Below are positions 50,184 to 58,886 of a stretch of DNA of 64,000 nt, one piece after another (positions within the stretch are counted from its first letter, which is position 1; every line of letters begins with the position of its first letter). The stretch lies in contig JBCBZT010000036.1 of NCBI GenBank assembly GCA_039815185.1, positions 23,916 through 87,915 on the forward strand. The letters run 5' to 3'. Under the pieces are notes generated by a model that was given only the letters and a program-made list of their open reading frames with translations, was not told the DNA's origin and ran no database searches. The DNA comes from Cyanobacteria bacterium P01_A01_bin.123 (GTDB lineage Bacteria; Cyanobacteriota; Cyanobacteriia; Phormidesmidales; Phormidesmidaceae). The translations under genes and the position numbers were made by a program.

Positions 50184-51689
50184 ATGTCGCAGTCTCCATT
50201 GTCTTCTACGCCAGCAATCTCTCCTGCCAATATTTTGGTGGTAGACGACAATCCCATGAATTTACGCGCATTGTCAAAACTCCTACAGCAACAAGGGCAT
50301 CAAGTCCGTAAGGCCCGCAGCGGCATGATGGCGCTTAAAGCTGTCCATGCAGACGCGCCAGATCTGATTCTGCTGGATATTCGCATGCCAGAGATGGACG
50401 GGTTTAGCGTTTGTGAACAGCTTAAAGCTGCTCCAGAAACTCGGGAAATCCCAGTGATTTTTCTGAGCGCATCAGACAGTACTGAAGATAAAGTCCGCAG
50501 TTTTCAAGTGGGCGGCAATGACTTTATCAGTAAACCCTTCTACCTGGAAGAGGTGATTGCTCGCGTTTCTAGCCAATTGCATCTCTTGCGTCAACGGCAG
50601 CACCTGAGTGAGCAAAATGCCGCCTTGCTCCAAGAGGTGCGAGAACGCGCTAAGGCGGAAGCAGCTTTGCGGGAGGCAGAACTCAAATATCGCAGCATTT
50701 TTGAAAATGCGAACGAAGGGATTTTTCAATCTACGCTGGACGGACAATATCTCAGCGTTAATCCAGCCATGGCCCGGATCTATGGCTATGGGTCAACCCA
50801 AGCACTGCAGGAGACGGTGACAGACATTGGGCAACTTTATGTTCAGCCCAAGCGGCGACAAGAACTGCGGGTCTATCTGCAGCAGTATGGCGAAATTGCT
50901 GGGGTCGAATCGGAAGTGTATCGCAAAGACGGCGATCGCATTTGGATTAGCGAAAGCATGCGCACGGTGACCGATGACGCTGGCAACATGCTCTATTTTG
51001 AGGGCACGGTGCAAGATATTACCGAACAGCATCGCCTAGAAGCTGAACTCCGTCATCAACGCCAACAATCAGAAAGATTGCTGTTCAACGTATTACCCTA
51101 TCAAATTGCTCAACGGTTACGGCAAGGGGCACACAACATCGCAGAGAGCTTTGATCAAGTCAGCGTTTTATTTGCAGACCTGGTGAGCTTTACGGAAGTT
51201 TCAACCCAAATGTCTCCTAAAGCCTTGGTTGAGTCATTGAGCGAAATCTTTTTGACTTTTGATCATCTAGTTGAACAATACAAACTGGAAAAAATTAAAA
51301 CCATCGGGGATGAATATATGGTGGCTGGGGGGTTGCCCCTTTCTTGTGAAGATCACATCGAGGCGATCGCCCAACTGGCCCTCGACATGCAGGCTTCTAT
51401 TGGCCAGTTTTATCGCCCCAATGGTCAACCCTTTCAACTGCGTATTGGGATTAATGCTGGCCCCGTTGTTGCCGGAGTAATCGGCATTAAGCGATTTACC
51501 TATGATTTGTGGGGCGATACGGTCAACACGGCTAGCCGTATGGAGACCACTGCCTCAGCGGGTCGAATTCAGGTGCCCGAAGCCCTCTACCAGCAGCTAG
51601 CCGCCAAATTCTTATTGGAACCTCGCGGCACCATTGCCGTGAAAGGAAGAGGCGACATGACGACCTATTGGTTGCTGAGTCAAAAGTAA
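50184..51689 (+). CDS. REC-PAS-adenylate/guanylate cyclase
   Basis: VVDDNP, LLDIRMP; PAS domain; FADLVSFT, KIKTIGD, YDLWGDTVNTASRME. Confidence 0.93.
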   Translation: MSQSPLSSTPAISPANILVVDDNPMNLRALSKLLQQQGHQVRKARSGMMALKAVHADAPDLILLDIRMPEMDGFSVCEQLKAAPETREIPVIFLSASDSTEDKVRSFQVGGNDFISKPFYLEEVIARVSSQLHLLRQRQHLSEQNAALLQEVRERAKAEAALREAELKYRSIFENANEGIFQSTLDGQYLSVNPAMARIYGYGSTQALQETVTDIGQLYVQPKRRQELRVYLQQYGEIAGVESEVYRKDGDRIWISESMRTVTDDAGNMLYFEGTVQDITEQHRLEAELRHQRQQSERLLFNVLPYQIAQRLRQGAHNIAESFDQVSVLFADLVSFTEVSTQMSPKALVESLSEIFLTFDHLVEQYKLEKIKTIGDEYMVAGGLPLSCEDHIEAIAQLALDMQASIGQFYRPNGQPFQLRIGINAGPVVAGVIGIKRFTYDLWGDTVNTASRMETTASAGRIQVPEALYQQLAAKFLLEPRGTIAVKGRGDMTTYWLLSQK

Positions 51690-51780
51690 GGGCAGCGCCC
51701 ACCCTACACGACGGGAAATGGGCGACAGCCATTACATCATTTTCTACAATCTTAAACAGTCCCTACGTCTGACTCATTGC

Positions 51781-52551
51781 ATGTTTGCAACTCGCTTGCC
51801 CCTGTTTACGTTGGTTGCCATCTTGGCAACGCTGATGGTCAACACGTTGTCTAACTTCTTCCCTCCTGGGGGGCAAAATGTCGGCGAGATTTCTAATACG
51901 GTGTTGAGCGGTGTGTTGATTACACCCGCTAACTATGCCTTCGCGATTTGGGGTTTGATTTACATCGGGCTCATTGCTTACGGCGTTTATCAATTACGCC
52001 TCCATCCGCGCAAAGACCCGACTATTCAACGCGCCAGCCAGTTGTTGATTGTTGCCTGCTTAGCTCAGGTCGTTTGGATCCCGTTGTTTACGCTCCAGTG
52101 GTTTTGGGCCTCGGTCGGGGTAATGCTGTTGATTTTGCTGCCTTTGATGGGGGCTTACTTGGCATTGCACACCCCAAATCAGAATATTCGCCCGTCACGC
52201 CAGCGCCAATGGTATGCCCAGATCCCGTTTAGTGTCTATCTGGGGTGGATTTCAGTGGCAACGGTGGTGAATGTGGCGGCGGCCCTATACACCTCAAACT
52301 GGAACGGGTTTGGTCTAAGTCAGATTGGTTGGACGGTGGTGATGATTGTGATTGCCGCTGCGATCGCGGCTATAGTTGCCATACAACGAGGCGATGTTGC
52401 CTTTGTATTAGTTTTCGTATGGGCCCTAAGCGCGATCGCGGTACGCCATACAACCCTACCTGCAATTTGGATGCCTGCCGCGATTCTAGTCGTAGGACTC
52501 ATTGGCTTATTAATCGGAAGGGGAATCATTATGGTCAAGATACTGCGCTAG
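51781..52551 (+). CDS. TspO/MBR-related tryptophan-rich membrane protein
   Basis: ITPANYAFAIWGLIY, SVYLGWISVATVVN. Confidence 0.8.
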   Translation: MFATRLPLFTLVAILATLMVNTLSNFFPPGGQNVGEISNTVLSGVLITPANYAFAIWGLIYIGLIAYGVYQLRLHPRKDPTIQRASQLLIVACLAQVVWIPLFTLQWFWASVGVMLLILLPLMGAYLALHTPNQNIRPSRQRQWYAQIPFSVYLGWISVATVVNVAAALYTSNWNGFGLSQIGWTVVMIVIAAAIAAIVAIQRGDVAFVLVFVWALSAIAVRHTTLPAIWMPAAILVVGLIGLLIGRGIIMVKILR

Positions 52552-52596
52552 TCGTCAAGTAGGTAAGGGGCGCTACAATCCGCGCACCTCCTGTTT

Positions 52597-52875
52597 CTAC
52601 AAAGCAGATTTTTTCTCTAGCATGAACTGAAGAATGGCATAGGTGGTCATGGTGTCAAAGCGAAAGGTTTCGCCTTTGTAGGCCAAGATGTAATCTCCCT
52701 CAACTTCGCCACAGGCAGTGCAGGTGAATAGGCCCGAGGCCATGGTGCTAAAGCTGAGTTGACGAATCCGTTGCGTCATCCATGGGTCAAACTGACCAAA
52801 CACTGCTGGTTCAATACGGGTCAGACGCTGCACTTCGGCGGTCATCGTAATTATCTCCTGTGGCGAAGGTTGCAT
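52597..52875 (-). CDS. small hypothetical protein with CTACG, paralog of 56030-56287
   Basis: Shares FGQFD.W...IRQLS..TMA.G.FTCTACGEV.GDYI..YKGETFRFDT with the second copy. Confidence 0.7.
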   Translation of the reverse strand: MQPSPQEIITMTAEVQRLTRIEPAVFGQFDPWMTQRIRQLSFSTMASGLFTCTACGEVEGDYILAYKGETFRFDTMTTYAILQFMLEKKSAL

Positions 52876-52945
52876 GGGCTTGGTTTGCAATCAGTCTAGT
52901 CGCTTGGACAATATAGCAATAGCCCACTCTACGTCGGGTTCCACG

Positions 52946-53827
52946 TCAACCCAAGCCGCCGCCATCAATGTCAAACCGCATCCCTGACACATAGGACGCT
53001 GCATCAGAGGCTAACCACAACACGGCATTGGCAATTTCTTCCGGCTGGGCAACGCGCTGCATGGGGTAAGCAGCGACGAGTTGCTCTTCTGTGACATTCC
53101 AATCACGCTGTACCCGCTCCCACATGGGGGTATCGACGCCACCGGGCGCGATCGCGTTAATCCGAATTGTCTTGCCATATTCCTGGGCAGCCATCTTCGT
53201 CATGTGAATCACGGCTGCTTTGCTGGCTCCGTAGCCGATGATATTGGGGAAGGCGCGGTGGCCGCCGATGCTGGCGTTATTGATGATTGAGCCACCCGTT
53301 TCGAGCAGGTGGGGGATTTCGTACTTCATACCGAGGAAAACGCCTCTGGCGTTGGTACTCATCAGGTCATCAAATTCATCGATGTCAGTGTCGGCAATTT
53401 GGGCTGGGGGATAGTCAATCCCCGCATTGTTAAAGGCGATATCCAAACGGCCATACTGGGCGACGCAACCGTCTACGAAGGCTTGGACTGCCGGCGCGTT
53501 GCGCACATCCGCTTGCATATAGGTCGCTTCACCCCCCATCGCCCGGATCTCAGCTTCAACCTGTGCTCCCAACGCTTCGCGCCGACCACAAAAGAAGACA
53601 CTGGCACCGTCTCGGGCAAAGGCTGTAGCCGTAGTTGCCCCAATGCCTGAGGTCGCTCCAGTAATCAACACCACTTTTCCGGCAAATTTACCTGCGGGGT
53701 CGGCGGTTACAGGTTCGGGTTGGGGGTTGGGTTGAGCATTGGCTTTACCTGCAGAAACAGCTGTGGTTAAGCCAGCCGCCGCGATCGCGCCTGTGGTTAA
53801 AATCCGACGTCGAGTAAAGTTTGTCAT
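52946..53827 (-). CDS. SDR oxidoreductase with twin-arginine signal
   Basis: TRRRIL; TGATSGIG, NNAG, YGASK. Confidence 0.92.
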   Translation of the reverse strand: MTNFTRRRILTTGAIAAAGLTTAVSAGKANAQPNPQPEPVTADPAGKFAGKVVLITGATSGIGATTATAFARDGASVFFCGRREALGAQVEAEIRAMGGEATYMQADVRNAPAVQAFVDGCVAQYGRLDIAFNNAGIDYPPAQIADTDIDEFDDLMSTNARGVFLGMKYEIPHLLETGGSIINNASIGGHRAFPNIIGYGASKAAVIHMTKMAAQEYGKTIRINAIAPGGVDTPMWERVQRDWNVTEEQLVAAYPMQRVAQPEEIANAVLWLASDAASYVSGMRFDIDGGGLG

Positions 53828-53919
53828 GGTGTTATTCCTCCTTTTTCATCCATTACTATCGGCTCAGCCCGCCAAAAATACTTGAACCGCGTTGCTCAGT
53901 GTTAGACCAAAATTGCGGC

Positions 53920-54813
53920 CTAAGCGAGTTGCCCACCTGTGACATCCAAATCCATGCCATTGATGGCGGTTGCTTCATCCGAAGCCAAAAACATCACGGC
54001 TCTTGCCATTTCTGCGGGGGTCATAATTCGGGGGGTGACAAAGTTGGGGGCCATTTGCTCATAGGTCAAGCCTTGATACTCAAACGAGCGCCGCAGCATC
54101 GGCGTATCCACCGCTAAGGGTGAGATGGAATTGATGCGAATATTGCGGCTGGCATTGGCGCTAGCGGCGGCTTTGGTCAGGCCGATGACGGCGTGTTTGC
54201 TGGCGTTGTAGTGGGGCGTGTTAGCAAACCCGCGATGACCTGCCACAGAAGACATGTTGACGATCACGCCGCTGTTTTGCTCAATCATGATGGGTAGTTC
54301 GTAGCGCATTGAGTAAAACACCCCATCCAGGTTGGTAGCAATCATGTCGCGATAGTTGTCCAGATCCATGTCTTGAATCTCAACTGGGGTCATGAAGATC
54401 CCGGCATTGTTGAAAGCGATGTCTAAGCGCCCATAGGTTTCAACGGTGGCGTTGACGAACTGCTCGACCTGCTGCGGATCACGCACGTCAGATTGCATGT
54501 AGGTGGCTTCTCCTCCGAAAGCACGAATGTCGCTTTCCACTTGCTGCCCCAGGTTAGCCCGACGGCCATTGAAGCTGACCTTAGCGCCTTCTCGGGCAAA
54601 GGCTTTGGCGGTAGCTTCCCCAATGCCAGAAGTTGCACCTGTAATCAACACAACTTTTCCGGCAAATCGACCTTCTGGGTCAGCCCTTGAGGTTTCCGGT
54701 TCAGGCGGATTCAGGGCGTTGGCGTTGGCTTTACCCGCAGAAACAGCAGCAGCTAATCCAGCAGCGGCAACGGTGCCCGTCGCTAACATTTTGCGGCGAT
54801 TGAGGGTTGACAT
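53920..54813 (-). CDS. SDR oxidoreductase with twin-arginine signal
   Basis: NRRKML; TGATSGIG, NNAG, YNASK. Confidence 0.92.
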   Translation of the reverse strand: MSTLNRRKMLATGTVAAAGLAAAVSAGKANANALNPPEPETSRADPEGRFAGKVVLITGATSGIGEATAKAFAREGAKVSFNGRRANLGQQVESDIRAFGGEATYMQSDVRDPQQVEQFVNATVETYGRLDIAFNNAGIFMTPVEIQDMDLDNYRDMIATNLDGVFYSMRYELPIMIEQNSGVIVNMSSVAGHRGFANTPHYNASKHAVIGLTKAAASANASRNIRINSISPLAVDTPMLRRSFEYQGLTYEQMAPNFVTPRIMTPAEMARAVMFLASDEATAINGMDLDVTGGQLA

Positions 54814-55015
54814 GCTTTTTCAAAAAATGGAGTTGCTTAAGGTATTCACTGAAGTCAGAACACTTTGACAGGCAAGGATTCTGGAGATTAAAAATCGAGA
54901 GTGATTGAAATTTTCTCTAGATTTTAGACTATCAAAGCCTGACGAAGCATTGACTTAAATCAATTTATGCCAATATCCAATCGAGCGCTAGGAAGATATT
55001 GCTATCTTGCTGATG

Positions 55016-55118
55016 TATGGTCGTAGCCACAAAGCTTTGGGCTACGGCGAGCCAGATTGCTGGTAAGTTGAGCATCCCAGTGATACTAGGTGCATTAAGC
55101 AATCTAGCCAGCGATATA
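55016..55118 (+). repeat. ~105 bp structured dispersed repeat, copy 3
   Basis: Same motifs as copies 1, 2 and 4; overlaps the last codons and stop of the AraC gene. Confidence 0.85.
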
Positions 55119-55937
55119 ATTGCCGGGGGTTGTGCCGACCTGACGTTTGAAATGCCAGCCAAAATGGCTTTGATCATAGAACCCAGTCATTGCCGCGACG
55201 GTGATGATCGGTAGCCCCTGGGCTAAAAGCTTTCGCGCTTGGGCAATGCGCAGTTGGGTTTGGTAAGCGCTGGGCGACAATCCTACTGTTTTGCTAAACA
55301 TACGGCAGAAATGAAACCGGCTCAGATTTGCGATCGCAGCGAGTTCTTCTAGAGATACGTCCTTAGCAGGATGGGCATGTAGATAGTCACAAGCTTGCGC
55401 TACGCCATGGTGGAGAGGCTTCAATGGTTGATCAGCAGGCCGATTCAAGGCGTGGTTGGTAATCAGGTGGGTCAAAAAATCCCAGAGGGTCGTATCTTGC
55501 TCAAGCTTAGACGCTTGCCTGTTGACAACCGCCTGTAGCGCCAGGAACAAGCGATTTAAGTCAAGATCGGTGAGCTGCGTTGTCGCAAAAAAGGGTTCGC
55601 TGCTGGGCTTTTCGGCGATCTCCGCCGCTACGGTATGTAACCACGCTGGCTCAATATGGGCCATGGCAAAGTGGGCAGGATCGGGCAAAAAGGTGCGATC
55701 GCTGGGGGCATGCACTTCACCAGAGTGAATAATGCTCAGACTGCCTGTCGGAATCGGATGACGGGCTCCGCGATAAAAATACTCCCCCTGACAGTCAAAG
55801 CTCAAACCAAACTGGTATTCAACATGGGCATGCTTGGGCAGGGGTTCAACTGCCCCTGCCGAGTAAGCATACTGCTCTAGTAAAATGCCGCCAGATTCCC
55901 AAGCTTGCACAGAGACTTGTGCTGCTTTGTGTCGCAT
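55104..55937 (-). CDS. AraC family transcriptional regulator
   Basis: SLEELAAIANLSRFHFCRMF, GFYDQSHF. Confidence 0.93.
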   Translation of the reverse strand: MRHKAAQVSVQAWESGGILLEQYAYSAGAVEPLPKHAHVEYQFGLSFDCQGEYFYRGARHPIPTGSLSIIHSGEVHAPSDRTFLPDPAHFAMAHIEPAWLHTVAAEIAEKPSSEPFFATTQLTDLDLNRLFLALQAVVNRQASKLEQDTTLWDFLTHLITNHALNRPADQPLKPLHHGVAQACDYLHAHPAKDVSLEELAAIANLSRFHFCRMFSKTVGLSPSAYQTQLRIAQARKLLAQGLPIITVAAMTGFYDQSHFGWHFKRQVGTTPGNYIAG

Positions 55938-56029
55938 AACATCCTGCCGTTGACTTGTTCTACATCAATTTGATCAGACCTTGGCGGTGTCATAATCGGG
56001 AATGTCCCCCTCTAGAGAAATTATCGGCT

Positions 56030-56287
56030 ATGGATATTGAAATGCAGCGGCAGGGTAGTGTTGAGTCTGCCGTGTTTGGTCAGTTTGATGCCTGGATTAA
56101 AGAACAGATTCGTCAGCTCAGCGTCAACACCATGGCTAATGGTGTATTTACCTGTACTGCTTGTGGCGAAGTCGCAGGCGATTACATCGTGGATTACAAG
56201 GGCGAAACCTTTCGCTTTGACACGATCACGACCTACGCCTTCCTCCAATTCATTCTAGAGAACGCATCCGAGGGAACGGATGAGTGA
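56030..56287 (+). CDS. small hypothetical protein with CTACG, paralog of 52597-52875
   Basis: Clear protein and nucleotide similarity to the inverted copy. Confidence 0.7.
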   Translation: MDIEMQRQGSVESAVFGQFDAWIKEQIRQLSVNTMANGVFTCTACGEVAGDYIVDYKGETFRFDTITTYAFLQFILENASEGTDE

Positions 56288-56502
56288 ACAAGTTCAAACA
56301 GCAGATTCTGAATGATTTCAACCATCGTTCAAACTATGACAATGAGTTTCATAAACGAGCTGCGACTCAGCTAATTGAGGCCGCACACTTACAACCAGGC
56401 CAGTATGTTTTAGATATTGCAACAGGGATTGGACTGGCTGCGATCGCAGCGGCTCAAATTGTTGGGTCTACAGGTCATGTTTATAAACCTACGATTCGCT
56501 AG
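56284..56502 (+). pseudogene. truncated class I SAM methyltransferase (UbiE-like N-terminus)
   Basis: LQPGQYVLDIATGIG (motif I), then the ORF ends against the convergent AKR gene. Confidence 0.7.
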
Positions 56503-57604
56503 CCGCCACGCCAGCTCCACCCCCTTCGACTAAAACAGGCTGTTGATAATGCCCCGGCTTATCGCCCACCGTTGCACCGCCATTAATCATGCCTTGGAGT
56601 CCGGGTTCAAAGAAGGTATAGGGGAAGCGGGTTTCCGGTTTGCTAACCTGATCCAATCGCTGTTGCAGCTCCGTCGGAATTTCAAAGTCTAAAGCACCAA
56701 GGTTGTCTTCAAGTTGATGCAGCTTAGTTGCTCCGATAATGACTGAAGCTACGGCAGGGCGATTGACTACCCAGTTCAGTGCCACCTGAGCCATGGAGCG
56801 ATCCAGTTCCTTCGCAATGGATTCTAGTTCTGCAACGATTGCCCAATTTTTTTCGGTGAACTTATTGAAGGCTGGATTACCGCTGTCGGCTAGCATTGCT
56901 AAACGCCCCGAACCTTCACCGCCTTGCTCAGAAGGTTTGTATTTACCCGAGAGCAGCCCACTGGCTAAGGGCGACCAGACCATAATGCCTGTGCCCAGAT
57001 TTTTCGCTAGGGCTGTGTACTCAAACTCAATGTTGCGTTCTGCTAGGGAATATTCGAGTTGGACGGTGCTAATAGGTTCCCAGTGTCGCTCTTGAGCCAA
57101 GGTTTGCGCCTGGGCAATGTACCAAGCTGGGGCATCGGACAGGGCAACATAACGCACTTTGCCTGAGCGGACTAGGTCATCCAGGGTGCGCATTACTTCT
57201 GCAGCGGGCGTTACCTGGTCCCAGGTGTGCAGCATATACAGGTCGATGTAGTCGGTACCGAGGCGCTGGAGGGAACCCTCTACCGCGCGGAGAATATTCT
57301 TCCGTCCGTTACCGCCTGCATTGGGGTTGCCCGGTTCAGCGTTATAGCTAAATTTGGTGCTGACCACGACGCGATCGCGCGCCGCACTTTCTTTAATGAA
57401 CCGACCCAGCATCTGCTCGCTGTTGCCGTTGGTGTAGAGATCCGCCGTATCGACAAAGTTACCGCCCGCTGCCAAATAGGTCTCAAACAGTTGACGAGCA
57501 TTGGCTTCGTCTGCGCCCCACCCCCAGTCATCTCCAAAGGTCATGGTGCCGAGGGCTAAACGGCTAACCTTAAGGCCTGTATTACCTAGCGTGTAGTACT
57601 GCAT
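56489..57604 (-). CDS. aldo/keto reductase
   Basis: LALGTMTFG, DTADLY, SLQRLGTDYIDLY, WSPLASGLLSGKY. Confidence 0.95.
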   Translation of the reverse strand: MQYYTLGNTGLKVSRLALGTMTFGDDWGWGADEANARQLFETYLAAGGNFVDTADLYTNGNSEQMLGRFIKESAARDRVVVSTKFSYNAEPGNPNAGGNGRKNILRAVEGSLQRLGTDYIDLYMLHTWDQVTPAAEVMRTLDDLVRSGKVRYVALSDAPAWYIAQAQTLAQERHWEPISTVQLEYSLAERNIEFEYTALAKNLGTGIMVWSPLASGLLSGKYKPSEQGGEGSGRLAMLADSGNPAFNKFTEKNWAIVAELESIAKELDRSMAQVALNWVVNRPAVASVIIGATKLHQLEDNLGALDFEIPTELQQRLDQVSKPETRFPYTFFEPGLQGMINGGATVGDKPGHYQQPVLVEGGGAGVAASES

Positions 57605-57735
57605 GCATCATCTCCTAATGTGATTTTCTGTCGCGGGCTTACAGTTACCACTATCGGGCAAGGCTTAAAATGACTCTAGGACTCGATTGCTCAGTTTTGG
57701 TCAAAAATTGCGGTTCTCTCTTTTAGCCCCATCCT

Positions 57736-58632
57736 GTGCAAAGCCAAATTAATTTCGTCGATAGCCAAACGCTTACCCCAAACCCCAACGTCACGGCGGG
57801 GCACGTTATTGTGTCTAGCAAAGACCTCGCTTGGGACGGAATTTACATCGAAAAAGGGGAAAACGAAGGCTTTACGCCAGACGACATCACCGTGACGCAG
57901 CACTACTTTGCGATGAACACGGGGCCAGCCCTGGCGTGGGAATGGAAAGACGGCAACAGGTTTAGAATGCACCGCTACGAGACGGGCGATCTGTGGGTGA
58001 ATCCAGCCGGAGTGCCATTTTCCCATCGCATCAGCGGCCATAATCAGTTTGTGCTGCTGACCCTAGACCCCAGCAAAATCCTGGAGTTACTGCCGGATCA
58101 ACCGCTGCTTGAACGGCAGGTGTTTCGGCGGCAGCATCAAGCTCAAGATAAACACCTGCAAGTGTTAATGCAGGCGCTATTGATCGAAGCAGAAATGGGT
58201 GGTCCCAATGGACGGCTGTATGCCGATACCCTCTCAACGGCGTTGGCGACCCATTTTGTCAATCACTACAGTATCGATAGCCCGGTTGATTTTCTAAATC
58301 TGCATCCCATAGAACGCCAACGGCTGGGGAGCGTCCTCGACTATATTGAGGCTCACCTAACCGAAGATCTGAGCCTGGCAGATTTAGCGTTGACAGCAGG
58401 GCTTAGCAAGTTTCATTTCTCCAGGTTATTCAAAGATGTGATTGGCTTGACACCCCACAAATACGTACTGAAACGGCGGATTGAGCGGGCAACTCAGGTC
58501 TTGAAGCAGGGAGATTTAACCATTGCTCAAGTTGCCCACACCTTTGGCTTTACCGATCAATCCCACTTTACCCGCGTGTTTAAGCAAGTTAAGGGCGTAA
58601 CCCCCAAGCTTTTCATCAAAAGTTTGCGGTGA
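57736..58632 (+). CDS. AraC family transcriptional regulator
   Basis: LSLADLA...SKFHFSRLFK, GFTDQSHFTRVFK; divergent from the AKR gene. Confidence 0.93.
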   Translation: MQSQINFVDSQTLTPNPNVTAGHVIVSSKDLAWDGIYIEKGENEGFTPDDITVTQHYFAMNTGPALAWEWKDGNRFRMHRYETGDLWVNPAGVPFSHRISGHNQFVLLTLDPSKILELLPDQPLLERQVFRRQHQAQDKHLQVLMQALLIEAEMGGPNGRLYADTLSTALATHFVNHYSIDSPVDFLNLHPIERQRLGSVLDYIEAHLTEDLSLADLALTAGLSKFHFSRLFKDVIGLTPHKYVLKRRIERATQVLKQGDLTIAQVAHTFGFTDQSHFTRVFKQVKGVTPKLFIKSLR

Positions 58633-58688
58633 AGCTGTTTTAAGTTAGTCCCAGTTGCAATTTGTTGGAGAAAACCACGTTAGCTATT

Positions 58689-58793
58689 TATAGCGGTAGC
58701 CACAAAGCTTTGTGCGCTACCGCGAGCCAGATTGCTTGTGGACTCAGCATCCTAACGATACTCGGTGTATTGAACAATTTGGCCAACGCTATA
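58689..58793 (+). repeat. ~105 bp structured dispersed repeat, copy 4
   Basis: TATAGCG...GTAGCCACAAAGCTTTGTGCGCTAC...GCCAGATTGC...CAATTTGGCCAACGCTATA. Confidence 0.85.
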
Positions 58794-58886
58794 CATAAAA
58801 CTTTTCTGGCGTTGCGCTTTTGAGTGGGCATACATAAGAGATATGAACCTTTCTTTTAGGCTCCAGTTCACTGTATTGTCCAACGT

